A stretch of DNA of 64,000 bases from an uncultured virus (IMG/VR IMGVR_UViG_3300005239_000270) (IMGVR_UViG_3300005239_000270), one strand, 5' to 3'. Shown: positions 1 through 10,428, numbered from the stretch's first letter. The notes: generated from the sequence alone by a model not told the origin. Made by a program: numbers and translations.

Positions 1-1524
1 ACCAGCGTTTGTAGTCTCAATCTTTTTGACATTATCGTAGTAAAGCTCAACAGATCCATCTGATGCAGCAACAATGCTTTCTTCACCAGATTTTGCTTGT
101 ACTCTTATATGATTTCCATTAGAACCGCGAAGATATAAGGATCCTGTCGTATTGTCTATATAAGAGTTAGAACCGTTGTGATAGATTTCTAGATCATCAC
201 TTGTGCCTAGTGTTAGCTTTACATCATCGCTAAAATTCAGTGTTCCAGAAGTTTTTACATCGGCAGCATCAGATCTTAGGAATTGAGTACTGTCTAGATT
301 GTCAAGCTTATTAGCATTCTCAAATGTTGGAGTATTCGTAAAGTTTGTATAGTCTAAATAATAAGGCCCATGTTGCCCATCCAGAAGGTCTGCATCAAGT
401 CCACTATTTGCACCGTCAACTGTAAGTAAGGACGTAATAATTTCACTTGCAGTCTGATCTGCTGTAGCTGAAACTTCTATAGCATCAAGTTTGTTTTTTA
501 GAACAGTCGTAAAGTTATTGTCTGATTGCGTAGCGACATCAAAATCAATTGTGCCATCTGTATCTTGATAGGTAACTGTAATACCATTCTCGGTGTTACC
601 ACTGACCATTCCTCCAACGATATCTTGTACTTCTTCGTCTGTAAGCGTTGCACTAATGAAGCCACTATTGTTGGTTAGCTGACTAATGTTGTCACCTGGT
701 TGAATAGCGCTGTCAGCTGTTGATCCTTGTGATGTGGACGCTGCTCCTACATCACTGTGTCCAAGCACCACCGTACCTGTCGCTCCATTGACAGATGAGA
801 CGGGAGCTGCTGGGTACTGCAGTTCTGTCCAGCTACCAATGTCGCTAGGTGTTGTGCCTGTAATGATCCAGGTTGTTGAAGTATCTGATCGAATTGCCCA
901 GTCACCTTTTTGTCCTGATAGAGCTAGCAGTGCTGACTGACTTGATACTGATCCTAAGTACTCAGTAATAGCAATCGCTGGTAGTTGATTAGTTGGAACC
1001 AGTCCTCCAACCAAATCTGCTTTTACATTTAATGTTGATTGCAGGCCATCTACATTACTAATAACATGATTGTGACTATCATCTGCAATTACAATTGCAT
1101 TGTACGTACCACTTACATCTCCACCAAACTGTGTATTTGTTTGTACAAATGATGTACTATTGAGGCCATCAAGTAGTTCACTATCTGCTGCTTTTGCTGT
1201 AATTCCTAATAAAGTACTGTTTGCAGTTGTTGTATCAATCTTTGCATTAAGAGCTGTCTGCTGTGCAGATGATACGGGCTTATTTGCATCTGATGTATTA
1301 TTTACGTTCGCTAAACCTACGTCAGCAGATGTAAGGGTTACATTCCCGGTTCTTGTGTTGACAGCATTTACAACACCAATTGATGGATCTCCAGAATTAT
1401 CTACACCTGATTTAACTCTCCATACACCAGGTGTTGCCGCATCAGGTGTTGATGCTAGTGAATCTGGATCTAAATATACGTATGATCTACCAAATTTTAA
1501 TTTGCCGTCCTGTTCATTTGGCAT
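1..1524 (-). CDS. Tail fibre protein, 3' truncated by window edge
   Basis: Not in the ORF track (no stop in window). ATG at 1524 (MPNEQDGKLKFGRSYVY...). Contains typical fibre motifs VNAVNTRTGNVTLTSADVGLANVNNTSDANKPVS, DSHNHVISNVDGLQ and LDADLLDGQHGPYYLDY. Confidence 0.75.
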   Translation of the reverse strand, partial: MPNEQDGKLKFGRSYVYLDPDSLASTPDAATPGVWRVKSGVDNSGDPSIGVVNAVNTRTGNVTLTSADVGLANVNNTSDANKPVSSAQQTALNAKIDTTTANSTLLGITAKAADSELLDGLNSTSFVQTNTQFGGDVSGTYNAIVIADDSHNHVISNVDGLQSTLNVKADLVGGLVPTNQLPAIAITEYLGSVSSQSALLALSGQKGDWAIRSDTSTTWIITGTTPSDIGSWTELQYPAAPVSSVNGATGTVVLGHSDVGAASTSQGSTADSAIQPGDNISQLTNNSGFISATLTDEEVQDIVGGMVSGNTENGITVTYQDTDGTIDFDVATQSDNNFTTVLKNKLDAIEVSATADQTASEIITSLLTVDGANSGLDADLLDGQHGPYYLDYTNFTNTPTFENANKLDNLDSTQFLRSDAADVKTSGTLNFSDDVKLTLGTSDDLEIYHNGSNSYIDNTTGSLYLRGSNGNHIRVQAKSGEESIVAASDGSVELYYDNVKKIETTNAG

Positions 1525-1561
1525 CTTGCTTTATCCGTATGCTTCTTTTATTTTACCCTTA

Positions 1562-1780
1562 TTACTTCTTATATCTATTGTTTAAGTCTTCCATATTCAA
1601 TTGCAATTGTTCTTTCAGCAATCGATTTAAAATGTGTTGATATTTTGTCAGTAATTCAACAGTATCTAGAAAATGTTCTTTTAACTTCTCTAAATCTGAG
1701 CAAGTTGTAATCTCATCTTTGATCACTCTAAGCCGAAGCTGTTCTTCTAACGTAAGTTCAAAATCTTCTTTTTTAAGCAT
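1562..1780 (-). CDS. nblA: NblA-like phycobilisome degradation protein (putative)
   Basis: 72 aa helical protein; ELTLEEQLRLR...LNRLLKEQ resembles the NblA pattern ELSLEQQFxxR...YQELLKHQ. Recognised by eye only. Confidence 0.5.
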   Translation of the reverse strand: MLKKEDFELTLEEQLRLRVIKDEITTCSDLEKLKEHFLDTVELLTKYQHILNRLLKEQLQLNMEDLNNRYKK

Positions 1781-1818
1781 AACTATTATGACTCCATCGT
1801 CCTATCTTAATGGATTAA

Positions 1819-3540
1819 TTAAACTGCTGATAATGCAGATGCGATTGCGGCCTTAAATGCTGCAAGATTTGTACTTCCATCTAGTGCAGCTGTTTTTATT
1901 GCTGTCAATACAGCAGTAAGCTCGTAGGAACCACTCAGTGATCTACCATTTGAGCTTGCGTCATTTGTACCAAAGGTACCAATGTATAGTTTCTCGCAAG
2001 CTGGACCATCTTTATCAACTGAAAATACTTTTCCATTTGCACCATGCTTCCAACAGAAGTCCTCATTATTTGTAAAATCCCATGCATATTCAAGTGAGTC
2101 ATTATCGTAACTTCCAAATACTACATAATTAGATCCTGATAACTTTGTTTTAAACTTTAAGGCATTAACACCATAGATATAGTCTCCTGAAAAATCAAGT
2201 GCTACTTTACTAGTATCACTTTTTTGAAGTGACAAAGTATCTGTCATTGTGCCACCTGCTTTTGCAAGAAAGGTTGAATTAACAGTTCCTTGATATGTTG
2301 TGAATGTACTTGTGTTCAGCTTTGTAGAAACATCTGGGATCTGACCTACCGTATTAGATATTTGTGTGTTTACATATGATGTGCTTGCATATGCAGAAAT
2401 ATTGATTGAACTCTCAAGTGTACTTACTGCATTTGTTACATATGCAGTAGTAGCAAATCCACCACTGGTTAAATTATTTACATCAGTTTCTAGTGCTGTA
2501 ATTCTTGTGCCGTGGTTAGTTGTAGTTGCATTTACTGTAGATGCAATAGCAAATCGATTTACATTTCCTATGCTGTTGCTTAGTGTTAGTATTTGTCCTT
2601 CAAGGCTATCCTCTGTTGATGTTAGATTTGCTGTTGTCGCACAATTGTTCAACGATGTATTAAGTCCGCTGATCAACCCATCAATTCTTGCGACTTCTGT
2701 ATTAGTAGAGGACTGTAGTGTATTTATATTTGCTTGTAATGCTGCAGTAATAGAAGCTGTTGTATTAATCCATTCTGTACCATTTCTTACATACAAATGA
2801 TTAGTGGGGGTTTTAAACCACAAGTCTCCGTTAGTCGGTGAACTTGGCGCTGTTCCATTGCTTGTGACAAGTGGAGTATCATCGAGCGCTTTGAGGGCTA
2901 TCTCCAACTCATTAAGACCTTGAGCAGTCCAGCTGTTATAGCTAGCTTGCGTTGCTGTTCCTGTTGGTGCGTATGCAGTTACATATTGATTGGAAAGTGT
3001 ATTTAAGTACGTAAGCGTGGCACTAGTAATTGTTAAATCATTTGCAGACAGAGTTCCACCTGAATTCACTACATTCCATGATGAACCGTCATGAACGTAT
3101 AGTAAGTTAGTTATATTGTTATACCATTGTGCTCCAAGGACTTCATATTGAGGAGCGCTGGATCCAACATGCGTAATACCATCAGCTCCATTTGTTTGAT
3201 AGTAGTCATCATCTACGTAGACAAACAATCGGCCTTGTCTTGTATCAAACCATAATTGACCTTCATTTGGTGTATAGCTGTATTGTCCATCGACTATGTT
3301 TCCGCCTGCGTCGGTATTAATTGTCCAACCTGGTGGAGTTTCTCCAACAGAAGCATTACCCCATGATGTATCTAAATCTTTGATAGCCTGGATGATGCCA
3401 CCAAAGTTATCTGGATAATCCTTTGCTGTACCTTGACTGCTTACACGTAGATCGTTTATTGCTGCAAGAATACCGGGGTAGCTGTTAGCCGCCTTAGTGC
3501 CTGGAGCCCAATATGTTCCTGTTGATGGATTAATAGACAC
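1819..3540 (-). CDS. Tail fibre / virion structural protein
   Basis: Three PxxGxLWFxT...LY/FV repeats, a T/S/N-rich coiled-coil shaft and a C-terminal beta-rich domain; lies in the virion module. Confidence 0.6.
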   Translation of the reverse strand: MSINPSTGTYWAPGTKAANSYPGILAAINDLRVSSQGTAKDYPDNFGGIIQAIKDLDTSWGNASVGETPPGWTINTDAGGNIVDGQYSYTPNEGQLWFDTRQGRLFVYVDDDYYQTNGADGITHVGSSAPQYEVLGAQWYNNITNLLYVHDGSSWNVVNSGGTLSANDLTITSATLTYLNTLSNQYVTAYAPTGTATQASYNSWTAQGLNELEIALKALDDTPLVTSNGTAPSSPTNGDLWFKTPTNHLYVRNGTEWINTTASITAALQANINTLQSSTNTEVARIDGLISGLNTSLNNCATTANLTSTEDSLEGQILTLSNSIGNVNRFAIASTVNATTTNHGTRITALETDVNNLTSGGFATTAYVTNAVSTLESSINISAYASTSYVNTQISNTVGQIPDVSTKLNTSTFTTYQGTVNSTFLAKAGGTMTDTLSLQKSDTSKVALDFSGDYIYGVNALKFKTKLSGSNYVVFGSYDNDSLEYAWDFTNNEDFCWKHGANGKVFSVDKDGPACEKLYIGTFGTNDASSNGRSLSGSYELTAVLTAIKTAALDGSTNLAAFKAAIASALSAV

Positions 3541-3574
3541 GTAACTTCCCTTTACCCTATTTCAATTGTAACTT

Positions 3575-5371
3575 TTAGAATTGACTTGTAAGCAGAACGT
3601 ATGCTGTTTCTACTTCATCAAGGTTAAGCCCTTGTGCAAGAACATAGACAATTTCCACAGTAGTTATCTCTGATCGTTTTAGTTGATTGATAAATTCATC
3701 ATTTGTTTCACTAATATCTTTTGCTAACTTGGCTTCAAAACTTTGTCGTGATTCGAGTGACGGATAGCCATTAGGTTCTTCTACTCTTGTTTTATTAGCA
3801 AACATCGCTGCAATTACATGCTTACAAATGCGGAAGCTTCCTTTGTACTGCTCTGTTTCCCAGCTTTGAGCAATACTAGCGGCAGTGTTAATTGCAAGCT
3901 TGTCATATGTTGATGAGCCTTGAGCTGTCGGTACTGGTGCTCTTCTCTGTCTATTTAATTTCTTTCCTCGCTCATCGTATTGTTCAGGACTTCGTATTAC
4001 CGCATGCATAAAATCTGGACAGCTACATGCGTAGGTCTCCCCAAACTCAAGTGTAGATCCTGTTGTAAACGTTTGATCTATCCATGGATCAACAGTTATA
4101 TTTATGCGTTGCCATAAAGAATCACCGGGTGCTTCTGGTTTGTGTTTGTAATTGCCATCTGCATCATTATCAACTGATTGAACTGTAAAACTATTATCAG
4201 CTAATATTAGCCAGTTTTCATTTTCTGAAGGAGAGTATAGAGTTAGTGTTGTTTGTACAGGAACTGATGTTAGTTCAATTGTATTTGCAGATACGTCAAA
4301 GTCAATTGATTTAATTTCAAAAGGCAAAACTGAAAAAGCAAGATTAGACACTTCACTATTTACTAGATCTGCAGTTAAATAGTTTCGTCCGAAATAGCGT
4401 TGATACTTATCTTTTTTAAATTCAAATCCACCTTTGAGCTCACTGTTCGTATTCGATGTGTTTAGAATTTCTGTAAATTCATTGATATTAGTCAACGATG
4501 GAGGTAAATCACTTGATGATGTGTCTAGTATTTTAAATACAAATGCCGATCCACTATCTGTCAAGTCAACCGTAAATGTGTCAGAATTATCAGTAAATGT
4601 ATCACTATTTGTAATTGGTCTTATGTTATAGAAATTTGGTACGTATCCTATTTGACCGACTAGTGCTTGTAGATTGCCATTGTTTTCATTCATGAATGTA
4701 GTTGAAGTTACATCTGACAATGGAATAGTGATCGCAATTTTTGTACCTTTAGCTGGTGACTTGCCTTTATATACAGCAGGTTTTTTATCGGGTGTTAGTA
4801 CGTTTAAAACGTTAGCTGATGCCGTTCCATCAGTTATTCGCTCGCCAATTGTTCTCTTAACCAATAGATTGTCAGCACTGAGCGCTGGCTTTGTTACTCG
4901 TATCCATATCTCGTTCCGGGCATATAAATCATTGTTCTGATATCTATCTGAATAGATCTCTTGAATTGTTCCAAGTGAAATATTGTTCTCTGCTGTTACT
5001 TTGCGCCTGAGCGTGTAATGGCTTCTACTGTCCGAATTGCTTGTTGGAAATTTATATCCACTGAATGTTAAAGGCACCTCATTCGTAGTACCTTGATACA
5101 GAATACTGTCAATACTTTTGTAGTCTAAATAAGCTGTCTGGAAGAAATATTCTTGCCCCTTTCTCCAACGAGCCCAATTACTTTCCATGTCGTACTTCTC
5201 TACGACACTTCTACTTACAATAGAACCAAAGCTGCGATTACTTGGATAGTAACCTGCAGCTCCTATCTTTTTACTTTTTGTTATCTTCTGAGCCGGACTT
5301 TTAAAGGCAAAAGATTTGGAATTATTCCAACCGTTTTGCTTTCTGGGCATTAGTACCAGCCGCCTTGGCAA
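3575..5371 (-). CDS. Large protein with C-terminal SWIM-type zinc finger
   Basis: YACSCPDF ... ICKHVIA (CxC...CxH); 598 aa ORF. Confidence 0.55.
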   Translation of the reverse strand: MPRRLVLMPRKQNGWNNSKSFAFKSPAQKITKSKKIGAAGYYPSNRSFGSIVSRSVVEKYDMESNWARWRKGQEYFFQTAYLDYKSIDSILYQGTTNEVPLTFSGYKFPTSNSDSRSHYTLRRKVTAENNISLGTIQEIYSDRYQNNDLYARNEIWIRVTKPALSADNLLVKRTIGERITDGTASANVLNVLTPDKKPAVYKGKSPAKGTKIAITIPLSDVTSTTFMNENNGNLQALVGQIGYVPNFYNIRPITNSDTFTDNSDTFTVDLTDSGSAFVFKILDTSSSDLPPSLTNINEFTEILNTSNTNSELKGGFEFKKDKYQRYFGRNYLTADLVNSEVSNLAFSVLPFEIKSIDFDVSANTIELTSVPVQTTLTLYSPSENENWLILADNSFTVQSVDNDADGNYKHKPEAPGDSLWQRINITVDPWIDQTFTTGSTLEFGETYACSCPDFMHAVIRSPEQYDERGKKLNRQRRAPVPTAQGSSTYDKLAINTAASIAQSWETEQYKGSFRICKHVIAAMFANKTRVEEPNGYPSLESRQSFEAKLAKDISETNDEFINQLKRSEITTVEIVYVLAQGLNLDEVETAYVLLTSQF

Positions 5372-5835
5372 CCGAGATTCGGTCCATTATTTACAGAATC
5401 TGTTGAACCTGCTTCAATTGCTCCCCATAGTGCATAACCTTTAGGAATATACAGAGCTTTAAGCTGTGCTGCAGACCCTACTTGTGCTTGCGGTGCAAGA
5501 ATATTTGGCATATCTGCAAATGATGTTCTAGTGCCTGCAGTTGTTGATGCTGTAAAGCTTCCAATATGAACACCGTTTGAAGCTCTTAGGAAATCATTTT
5601 GATCTGAAATGTACAGATGAATAGTGTATGGTGTGCTTCCCGTCTTTGGGCCTCGTGAGATTGCGTAAATATCTTCAATAATTGCTCCATCAAGCGTAAT
5701 ACTATTGACAAGCAATACAGCACTATTAGTACCGACAATATCACGCTGACCATTACGTGCGTTATCCATGTTCACCACATAGTGGAGAACGTGGTCAATT
5801 AGTAATGGTTGCTTATTCGTTGCTGTTGATGCCAT
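5350..5835 (-). CDS. Putative virion structural protein
   Basis: 161 aa beta-rich ORF in the structural operon. Confidence 0.5.
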   Translation of the reverse strand: MASTATNKQPLLIDHVLHYVVNMDNARNGQRDIVGTNSAVLLVNSITLDGAIIEDIYAISRGPKTGSTPYTIHLYISDQNDFLRASNGVHIGSFTASTTAGTRTSFADMPNILAPQAQVGSAAQLKALYIPKGYALWGAIEAGSTDSVNNGPNLGCQGGWY

Positions 5836-5838
5836 GAT

Positions 5839-6375
5839 TTATGCCCTTTGTCCTGTTTTAAGATTAGTTCCTTTTCCTCTGCGTTGAGGCTGCCCTTGAG
5901 GTGCCATGTTTCCTAGAGGTAATGTTCTTGCTGTTTGTTGTGGTGATGGAACTGAGCCACCTGGAGCTACAGCTGTTGGCATTCCTAACGGGCCCATCAA
6001 GCTTGGATTCAAACCACGCTTCTGTGCATCTACACCCTGCCTTGCTGACTCAAACTGATCAGCCATTTGCATAGGGGGCTGAGCTTGGGTTCCGTATCCC
6101 GTGGCATTCATACGAAGCCCTTGTACTTGATTTTGAGGTAGTCCAGATACAGGTACTGGATAGACACCACCCATCTTTGTTGAACTTACTAATCCACTAT
6201 CCCCATATGGAAATTGATTAACACCACTAAAGCTTCCTGACATCACGCCAACACTTGTGACATTGTTCGGGTCGTTATTCATGGGTCCACCAGGAACAAC
6301 AGACATCTGTTTCGCAATTTGAAATCTTGCTGGATCTAGTTTTGCGATCGAGTCTCTTTTGCTTGAATTAGCCAT
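5839..6375 (-). CDS. Hypothetical low-complexity (G/P/Q/M) late protein
   Basis: 178 aa ORF tightly packed with its neighbours. Confidence 0.5.
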   Translation of the reverse strand: MANSSKRDSIAKLDPARFQIAKQMSVVPGGPMNNDPNNVTSVGVMSGSFSGVNQFPYGDSGLVSSTKMGGVYPVPVSGLPQNQVQGLRMNATGYGTQAQPPMQMADQFESARQGVDAQKRGLNPSLMGPLGMPTAVAPGGSVPSPQQTARTLPLGNMAPQGQPQRRGKGTNLKTGQRA

Positions 6376-6656
6376 ATCAGGTCATCCTTTCTCGTGATGG
6401 TGCGGTGTAAGCATTTGATCCGCCTTTGCTACCAGCTCGTGCATAAAGCGCCAANNNNNNNNNNNNNNNNNNNNNNNNNNNNNNNNNNNNNNNNNNNNNN
6501 NNNNNNNNNNNNNNNNNNNNNNNNNNNNNNNNNNNNNNNNNNNNNNNNNNNNNNNNNNNNNNNNNNNNNNNNNNNNNNNNNNNNNNNNNNNNNNNNNNNN
6601 NNNNNNNNNNNNNNNNNNNNNNNNNNNNNNNNNNNNNNNNNNNNNNNNNNNNNNNA

Positions 6657-6906
6657 GTGCACTATTACCTGGAGCGTCACCTTGTGAGAAATTGGTTGCA
6701 AATAGATCACCAGGCTTTACGGTTGTATCTCCATACTGTCCACGTGATGCCGAAATAGAAGCACCTGGATCTTCTAAGGCTGCTTGTACACCTTGAATAT
6801 ATGGATTAAGTTGAGACTGAGCTATTGCTGCTCTACGTTTAGCATCTAGTTCAGGATCACCATCTCGACCCATCGTAATCTGCTGTGTCCCCGAATAAAC
6901 GGTCAT
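6657..6906 (-). CDS. Hypothetical late protein, interrupted by gap
   Basis: N-terminus readable up to the N-run; TAGAAT box 27 nt upstream. Confidence 0.45.
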
Positions 6907-6935
6907 AACTTTAAAACAGTGTTGTTCTATTTATT

Positions 6936-7433
6936 CTAACGCCAGATTGTATTTAACATAATACGTGAACCTACTGCAGTATCAGCTGGTCCTGGTACTG
7001 CCATAATGAACTCAGAACCTGCTCGTTCAAATGCATAGCGACGCACTTCAGGACGCCTATAGTTGGGCACATACAAAGTTTCTGCTAAACGATCAATTTC
7101 ACGTAAATAAATTTCACGAAAATATTCATCACCTTTTAATGGGTCAGATGTACTAATTACTCTTTCTACATCGCCACTGATAATCTCTTGACGTGAAGGA
7201 TTAAGGACACCTTTACCATTTGTATCCATGTAATCATCTGGAATGGCTGCACTTGCCTTCCATGCAATATCACATCTTTTAATGTGATATACAATTTCGT
7301 TGTACCAAAGTTCATCTGGCACTAACGACATTGCCTCTTCTAATCGTGCTCGATCACCTGCAGGGATTTGTGCTCCTGCATTAAACCCGAGATGATAACG
7401 AGTTTTAGACTTAAGATACTCGTCTAACTCCAT
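6936..7433 (-). CDS. Putative head-tail connector/adaptor protein
   Basis: 165 aa helical protein (KSKTRYHLG...RLAETLYV) downstream of capsid genes; assignment is positional. Confidence 0.45.
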   Translation of the reverse strand: MELDEYLKSKTRYHLGFNAGAQIPAGDRARLEEAMSLVPDELWYNEIVYHIKRCDIAWKASAAIPDDYMDTNGKGVLNPSRQEIISGDVERVISTSDPLKGDEYFREIYLREIDRLAETLYVPNYRRPEVRRYAFERAGSEFIMAVPGPADTAVGSRIMLNTIWR

Positions 7434-7816
7434 TACGCCATACTCCCAGGATTGTTGTAAATATCTTTAAGTACTTTTTGTAATTCATATTGATCCATAA
7501 CATCAAGTCTCCCTTGTGATTGCATTTTGGCAAGTATGTTTGCTGCGGGAGATTCATTAATCATTGCTTCACGAACCCCCATACCTAATCCTCCACCAAG
7601 GATTGCACCTACTAGTCCACCTGCCATCCGAAACCCAGGCCGCATACTTGGCTTTGCACCAAATGCCTTCCCAATACTGTGAGGAACTTGACCTCCTAAT
7701 ACGCCTAGGACACCACCAACAGCTGCGCCACCACTCATAGCGACTGATGGGTCTGGCTTTGACTCAGCATCGGCCAGAGCCTTTGCTAGAAGGATATCCT
7801 CAATGCTGCTAGCCAT
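7433..7816 (-). CDS. Glycine-zipper small protein (RMAG motif)
   Basis: Two GxxxG hydrophobic segments; 127 aa. Confidence 0.5.
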   Translation of the reverse strand: MASSIEDILLAKALADAESKPDPSVAMSGGAAVGGVLGVLGGQVPHSIGKAFGAKPSMRPGFRMAGGLVGAILGGGLGMGVREAMINESPAANILAKMQSQGRLDVMDQYELQKVLKDIYNNPGSMA

Positions 7817-7879
7817 TCTTAACTCACTAATACTATTTATAGTTTAACTAATAAAGATANNNNNNNNNNNNNNNNNNNN

Positions 7880-8117
7880 ATCTGCGATCTTCAATAGGTA
7901 CAACTGCTTCTGGTGCCTTTTCTTCAGGCTCAGGAGCAATCTGTGGTGCGGTTACTTTTGCAAGTCGTCCTTTCTCTCGATCATAAGGAACTAACTGTTC
8001 CAAGCTCATATACGTAATAGCACCTCCTGCATCACGCACCATTGCATAATCCTTGTCGTGCTTATTAATGAACTCAACGAGTTTTCCAGTTTTGTTGTCT
8101 TGAAATAGGTTGGACAT
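7880..8117 (-). CDS. Hypothetical protein, truncated by gap
   Basis: ORF start 8117 with TATAAT 25 nt upstream. Confidence 0.5.
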
Positions 8118-8152
8118 TATTTATTGAGTCAGTCTCCTATCATTATAGTCAC

Positions 8153-8179
8153 AAAAAAAGCGCCCAATTATGAGCGCTT
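8153..8179 (-). terminator. Rho-independent terminator after the capsid operon
   Basis: Minus strand AAGCGCTCA-TAAT-TGGGCGC followed by T7. Confidence 0.7.
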
Positions 8180-8199
8180 GTATTATTGATCGTTTTAGA

Positions 8200-8769
8200 T
8201 CAGGTACCTTGACCAGCTTCAACCTTGTAAGGAAGTGCAATGTCATCGGTTACAGGTGCTGCACCATCAAGGTAGTAGCAAACTTCAACGATTACAACAG
8301 CAGTTTCGCTGGGGTCAACGATTGTAACTGCTCCTGCATGACTTGCAGTAATGGTCCTTTCTGCAGTTTCAGCTGAAACTGTTTGAGGAGCATATGCATT
8401 TGTGGCACCAGCAGTTGGATACACACCACCAGAAGCAGCAAGAGATGCTTCAAGCGCAGTGTTTGCAACCAAACCGTTAACGGCCAATGCGTTAGTACCA
8501 GTTGACTTAACGTTCACCGCCGTAATGGCAGTGCGATAGACCTTCGCTCCAGCAGGAATTTTGAAAGTCTTGTCAAGCCGGGGCTTGTCGTCACCACGCT
8601 TATCGGGTGACAGGATTTGAAGAGCCAGATCGCCAGAACCGGATACATCAGCGCTCAGTACTGCAGCACCACGGAGTTGATAGAACTCAACGCCAGGGAC
8701 AGCAAGGACGCCTTGATCGCGATATGCGTTCAGGTCTTGTACATAATTACCAGGAAAAATCACAGACAT
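8200..8769 (-). CDS. Putative capsid decoration/minor capsid protein
   Basis: 189 aa Ala/Val-rich beta protein directly after the MCP, with similar high-expression codon usage. Confidence 0.5.
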   Translation of the reverse strand: MSVIFPGNYVQDLNAYRDQGVLAVPGVEFYQLRGAAVLSADVSGSGDLALQILSPDKRGDDKPRLDKTFKIPAGAKVYRTAITAVNVKSTGTNALAVNGLVANTALEASLAASGGVYPTAGATNAYAPQTVSAETAERTITASHAGAVTIVDPSETAVVIVEVCYYLDGAAPVTDDIALPYKVEAGQGT

Positions 8770-8785
8770 AGTTAGTTAGCTCCTA

Positions 8786-9934
8786 TCAATATACGAAAGA
8801 GTAACCAACCGTGATGAAGTCCTTATTCAGAACCTCAAACCCGGCAAACAGTGACCAGATCATGATGATAAAACGAGAGAAGTCGTCGTTGTTATTCAAC
8901 AAGATTTGGGCGTTGTTTCCACCGATGCCAACACCAACAGCCTGTGGACCGAAGAAGACCATCTGTGCAGCTGTGTAGTCGGCAGCAGAACCACTTTCAT
9001 CGGTGACAACCAAGTTGTAGGAAGTCTCGGGCAGGTTGGTGGACTCGAACCAACGGACACCTTCGAAAAGGAAGCCGGTTGGCATTACAGGTTGACCAGC
9101 TACAAAGCCAGCTTGGCCGTAAGCAGGTCCCATGCCTTGGAAGAAATTGGCGTTAGGTGCACCATTGGGCTGCATCGGATCGATCATGCCCTGACCGGGA
9201 TAACGAGCGATTTCACGGAAGTCGCTGTTCTGACGCAAATGCATCATTGCAGTGGGATCCACAATGCAACGGTAGTAACCATCGGTAAATGTGGGGACGT
9301 TGCGCTTACGCATGTCCTTAACAACTTCGAGCAAATCAGTCTTTACATCGAACTTGGCAGACTCACCAGCTGCATAGGTAACACCAAGAGTTCCGCCGGA
9401 ACCGCCTTTGGCTTTACCGCCAGGCAAGTAGTAGCCACCTTGATCCTTAGAAGATTGACCTTCGGCTTCAGCTTTCAGGAGTTCGTTAGCGAACACCCGA
9501 TCGCGCCAGCGGCGATAGTCATCCAACAGGGTCAGTGAACCAATGGATTGATGAAAAACGTTCAGGTTGCCAGTATCAAGTAGCAGACGCTGAGCGGTGA
9601 TGAGGGTTTCACGCGCAACCTTGAAAGTAGAAGGCTGTGCAGTGTCGCGAGAATCGGCAGGGCCGGTGTATTCACGCAGGGTGACAAGGACTTTGTCCTT
9701 GACGATGTTGCGAGCGGAGGCTGATCCAAGAGTTTGGTCAGCAGTCCTCTCACGGGACTCCTTGGTGCCAGGCTTGCCCCAGAAACGATAGCGATCGAGC
9801 TGCACGGTCTGACCGGGCTGCTTGCTGAAATCGTGGACAACAACCGGCTCAACTGCCATCTCAATGATGTATGCAGGATGAGGACGGTAAAGCTCTGCAC
9901 CAAGAAGCTTTGGAAAATCATTATCGATCCACAT
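8786..9934 (-). CDS. Major capsid protein (HK97-like fold)
   Basis: 382 aa; DFSKQPGQTVQLDRYRFWG N-terminal motif, YRCIVDP, GVRWFES, C-terminal W..FAGF; strongly biased codon usage; position near scaffold and portal. Confidence 0.8.
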   Translation of the reverse strand: MWIDNDFPKLLGAELYRPHPAYIIEMAVEPVVVHDFSKQPGQTVQLDRYRFWGKPGTKESRERTADQTLGSASARNIVKDKVLVTLREYTGPADSRDTAQPSTFKVARETLITAQRLLLDTGNLNVFHQSIGSLTLLDDYRRWRDRVFANELLKAEAEGQSSKDQGGYYLPGGKAKGGSGGTLGVTYAAGESAKFDVKTDLLEVVKDMRKRNVPTFTDGYYRCIVDPTAMMHLRQNSDFREIARYPGQGMIDPMQPNGAPNANFFQGMGPAYGQAGFVAGQPVMPTGFLFEGVRWFESTNLPETSYNLVVTDESGSAADYTAAQMVFFGPQAVGVGIGGNNAQILLNNNDDFSRFIIMIWSLFAGFEVLNKDFITVGYSFVY

Positions 9935-10026
9935 AGATCGCTAACTCCGTAAGCTTAAAGGTATTGGTGACTTCGACTTAGTCACATATTAAGATCTTAG
10001 TTGATTTTATTGGTAGACTAACATTA

Positions 10027-10428
10027 GTGCCCCAGGATTATATGTACAACTTCGTTAATACTCAAGAGTGGATACCTATACATACAATTGCTGGATTTGA
10101 AGCCTGTATTGAATATCATGTCAGTCGTAATGGTCAAGTTAAGTCATCCAAAGGAAAAGTAGAACGTATACTAAAAACCAAAGTCTCTACTCGTGGTCAT
10201 CTTAGAGTTAACCTTACTCAACGCTTAAGTCGAGGTAAGCACAAGACTGTCGCTGTGCACACTCTCGTAGCTCTTGCATTCTTAGGTAACCCGCCTACAC
10301 CTACTGGTAGAAAATCTGATTCATCTGAAATCTACTTTATCGATGGTAATAAACTCAACTGCAAAGCTGATAATTTAAAATGGGTGGTTAGAAAAGAACG
10401 CGCTCATGAAAAGATAGCTAAAATATAA
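10027..10428 (+). CDS. NUMOD4/HNH homing endonuclease-like protein, possibly degenerate
   Basis: EWIPI...YHVSRNGQVKS (NUMOD4), VHTLVALAF, FIDGNKLNCKADNLKW (the usual HIDG His is replaced by F). Confidence 0.75.
   Translation: MPQDYMYNFVNTQEWIPIHTIAGFEACIEYHVSRNGQVKSSKGKVERILKTKVSTRGHLRVNLTQRLSRGKHKTVAVHTLVALAFLGNPPTPTGRKSDSSEIYFIDGNKLNCKADNLKWVVRKERAHEKIAKI

Noticed and set aside
1..3540. Diversity-generating retroelement acting on tail fibres
   Set aside because: No reverse transcriptase and no template/variable repeat pair differing at adenines.
734..5353. Plus-strand ORFs opposite the tail genes (and other antisense ORFs such as 8906-9538, 20192-20566, 56419-56835)
   Set aside because: Shadow frames of well-supported genes, with no motifs or start signals.
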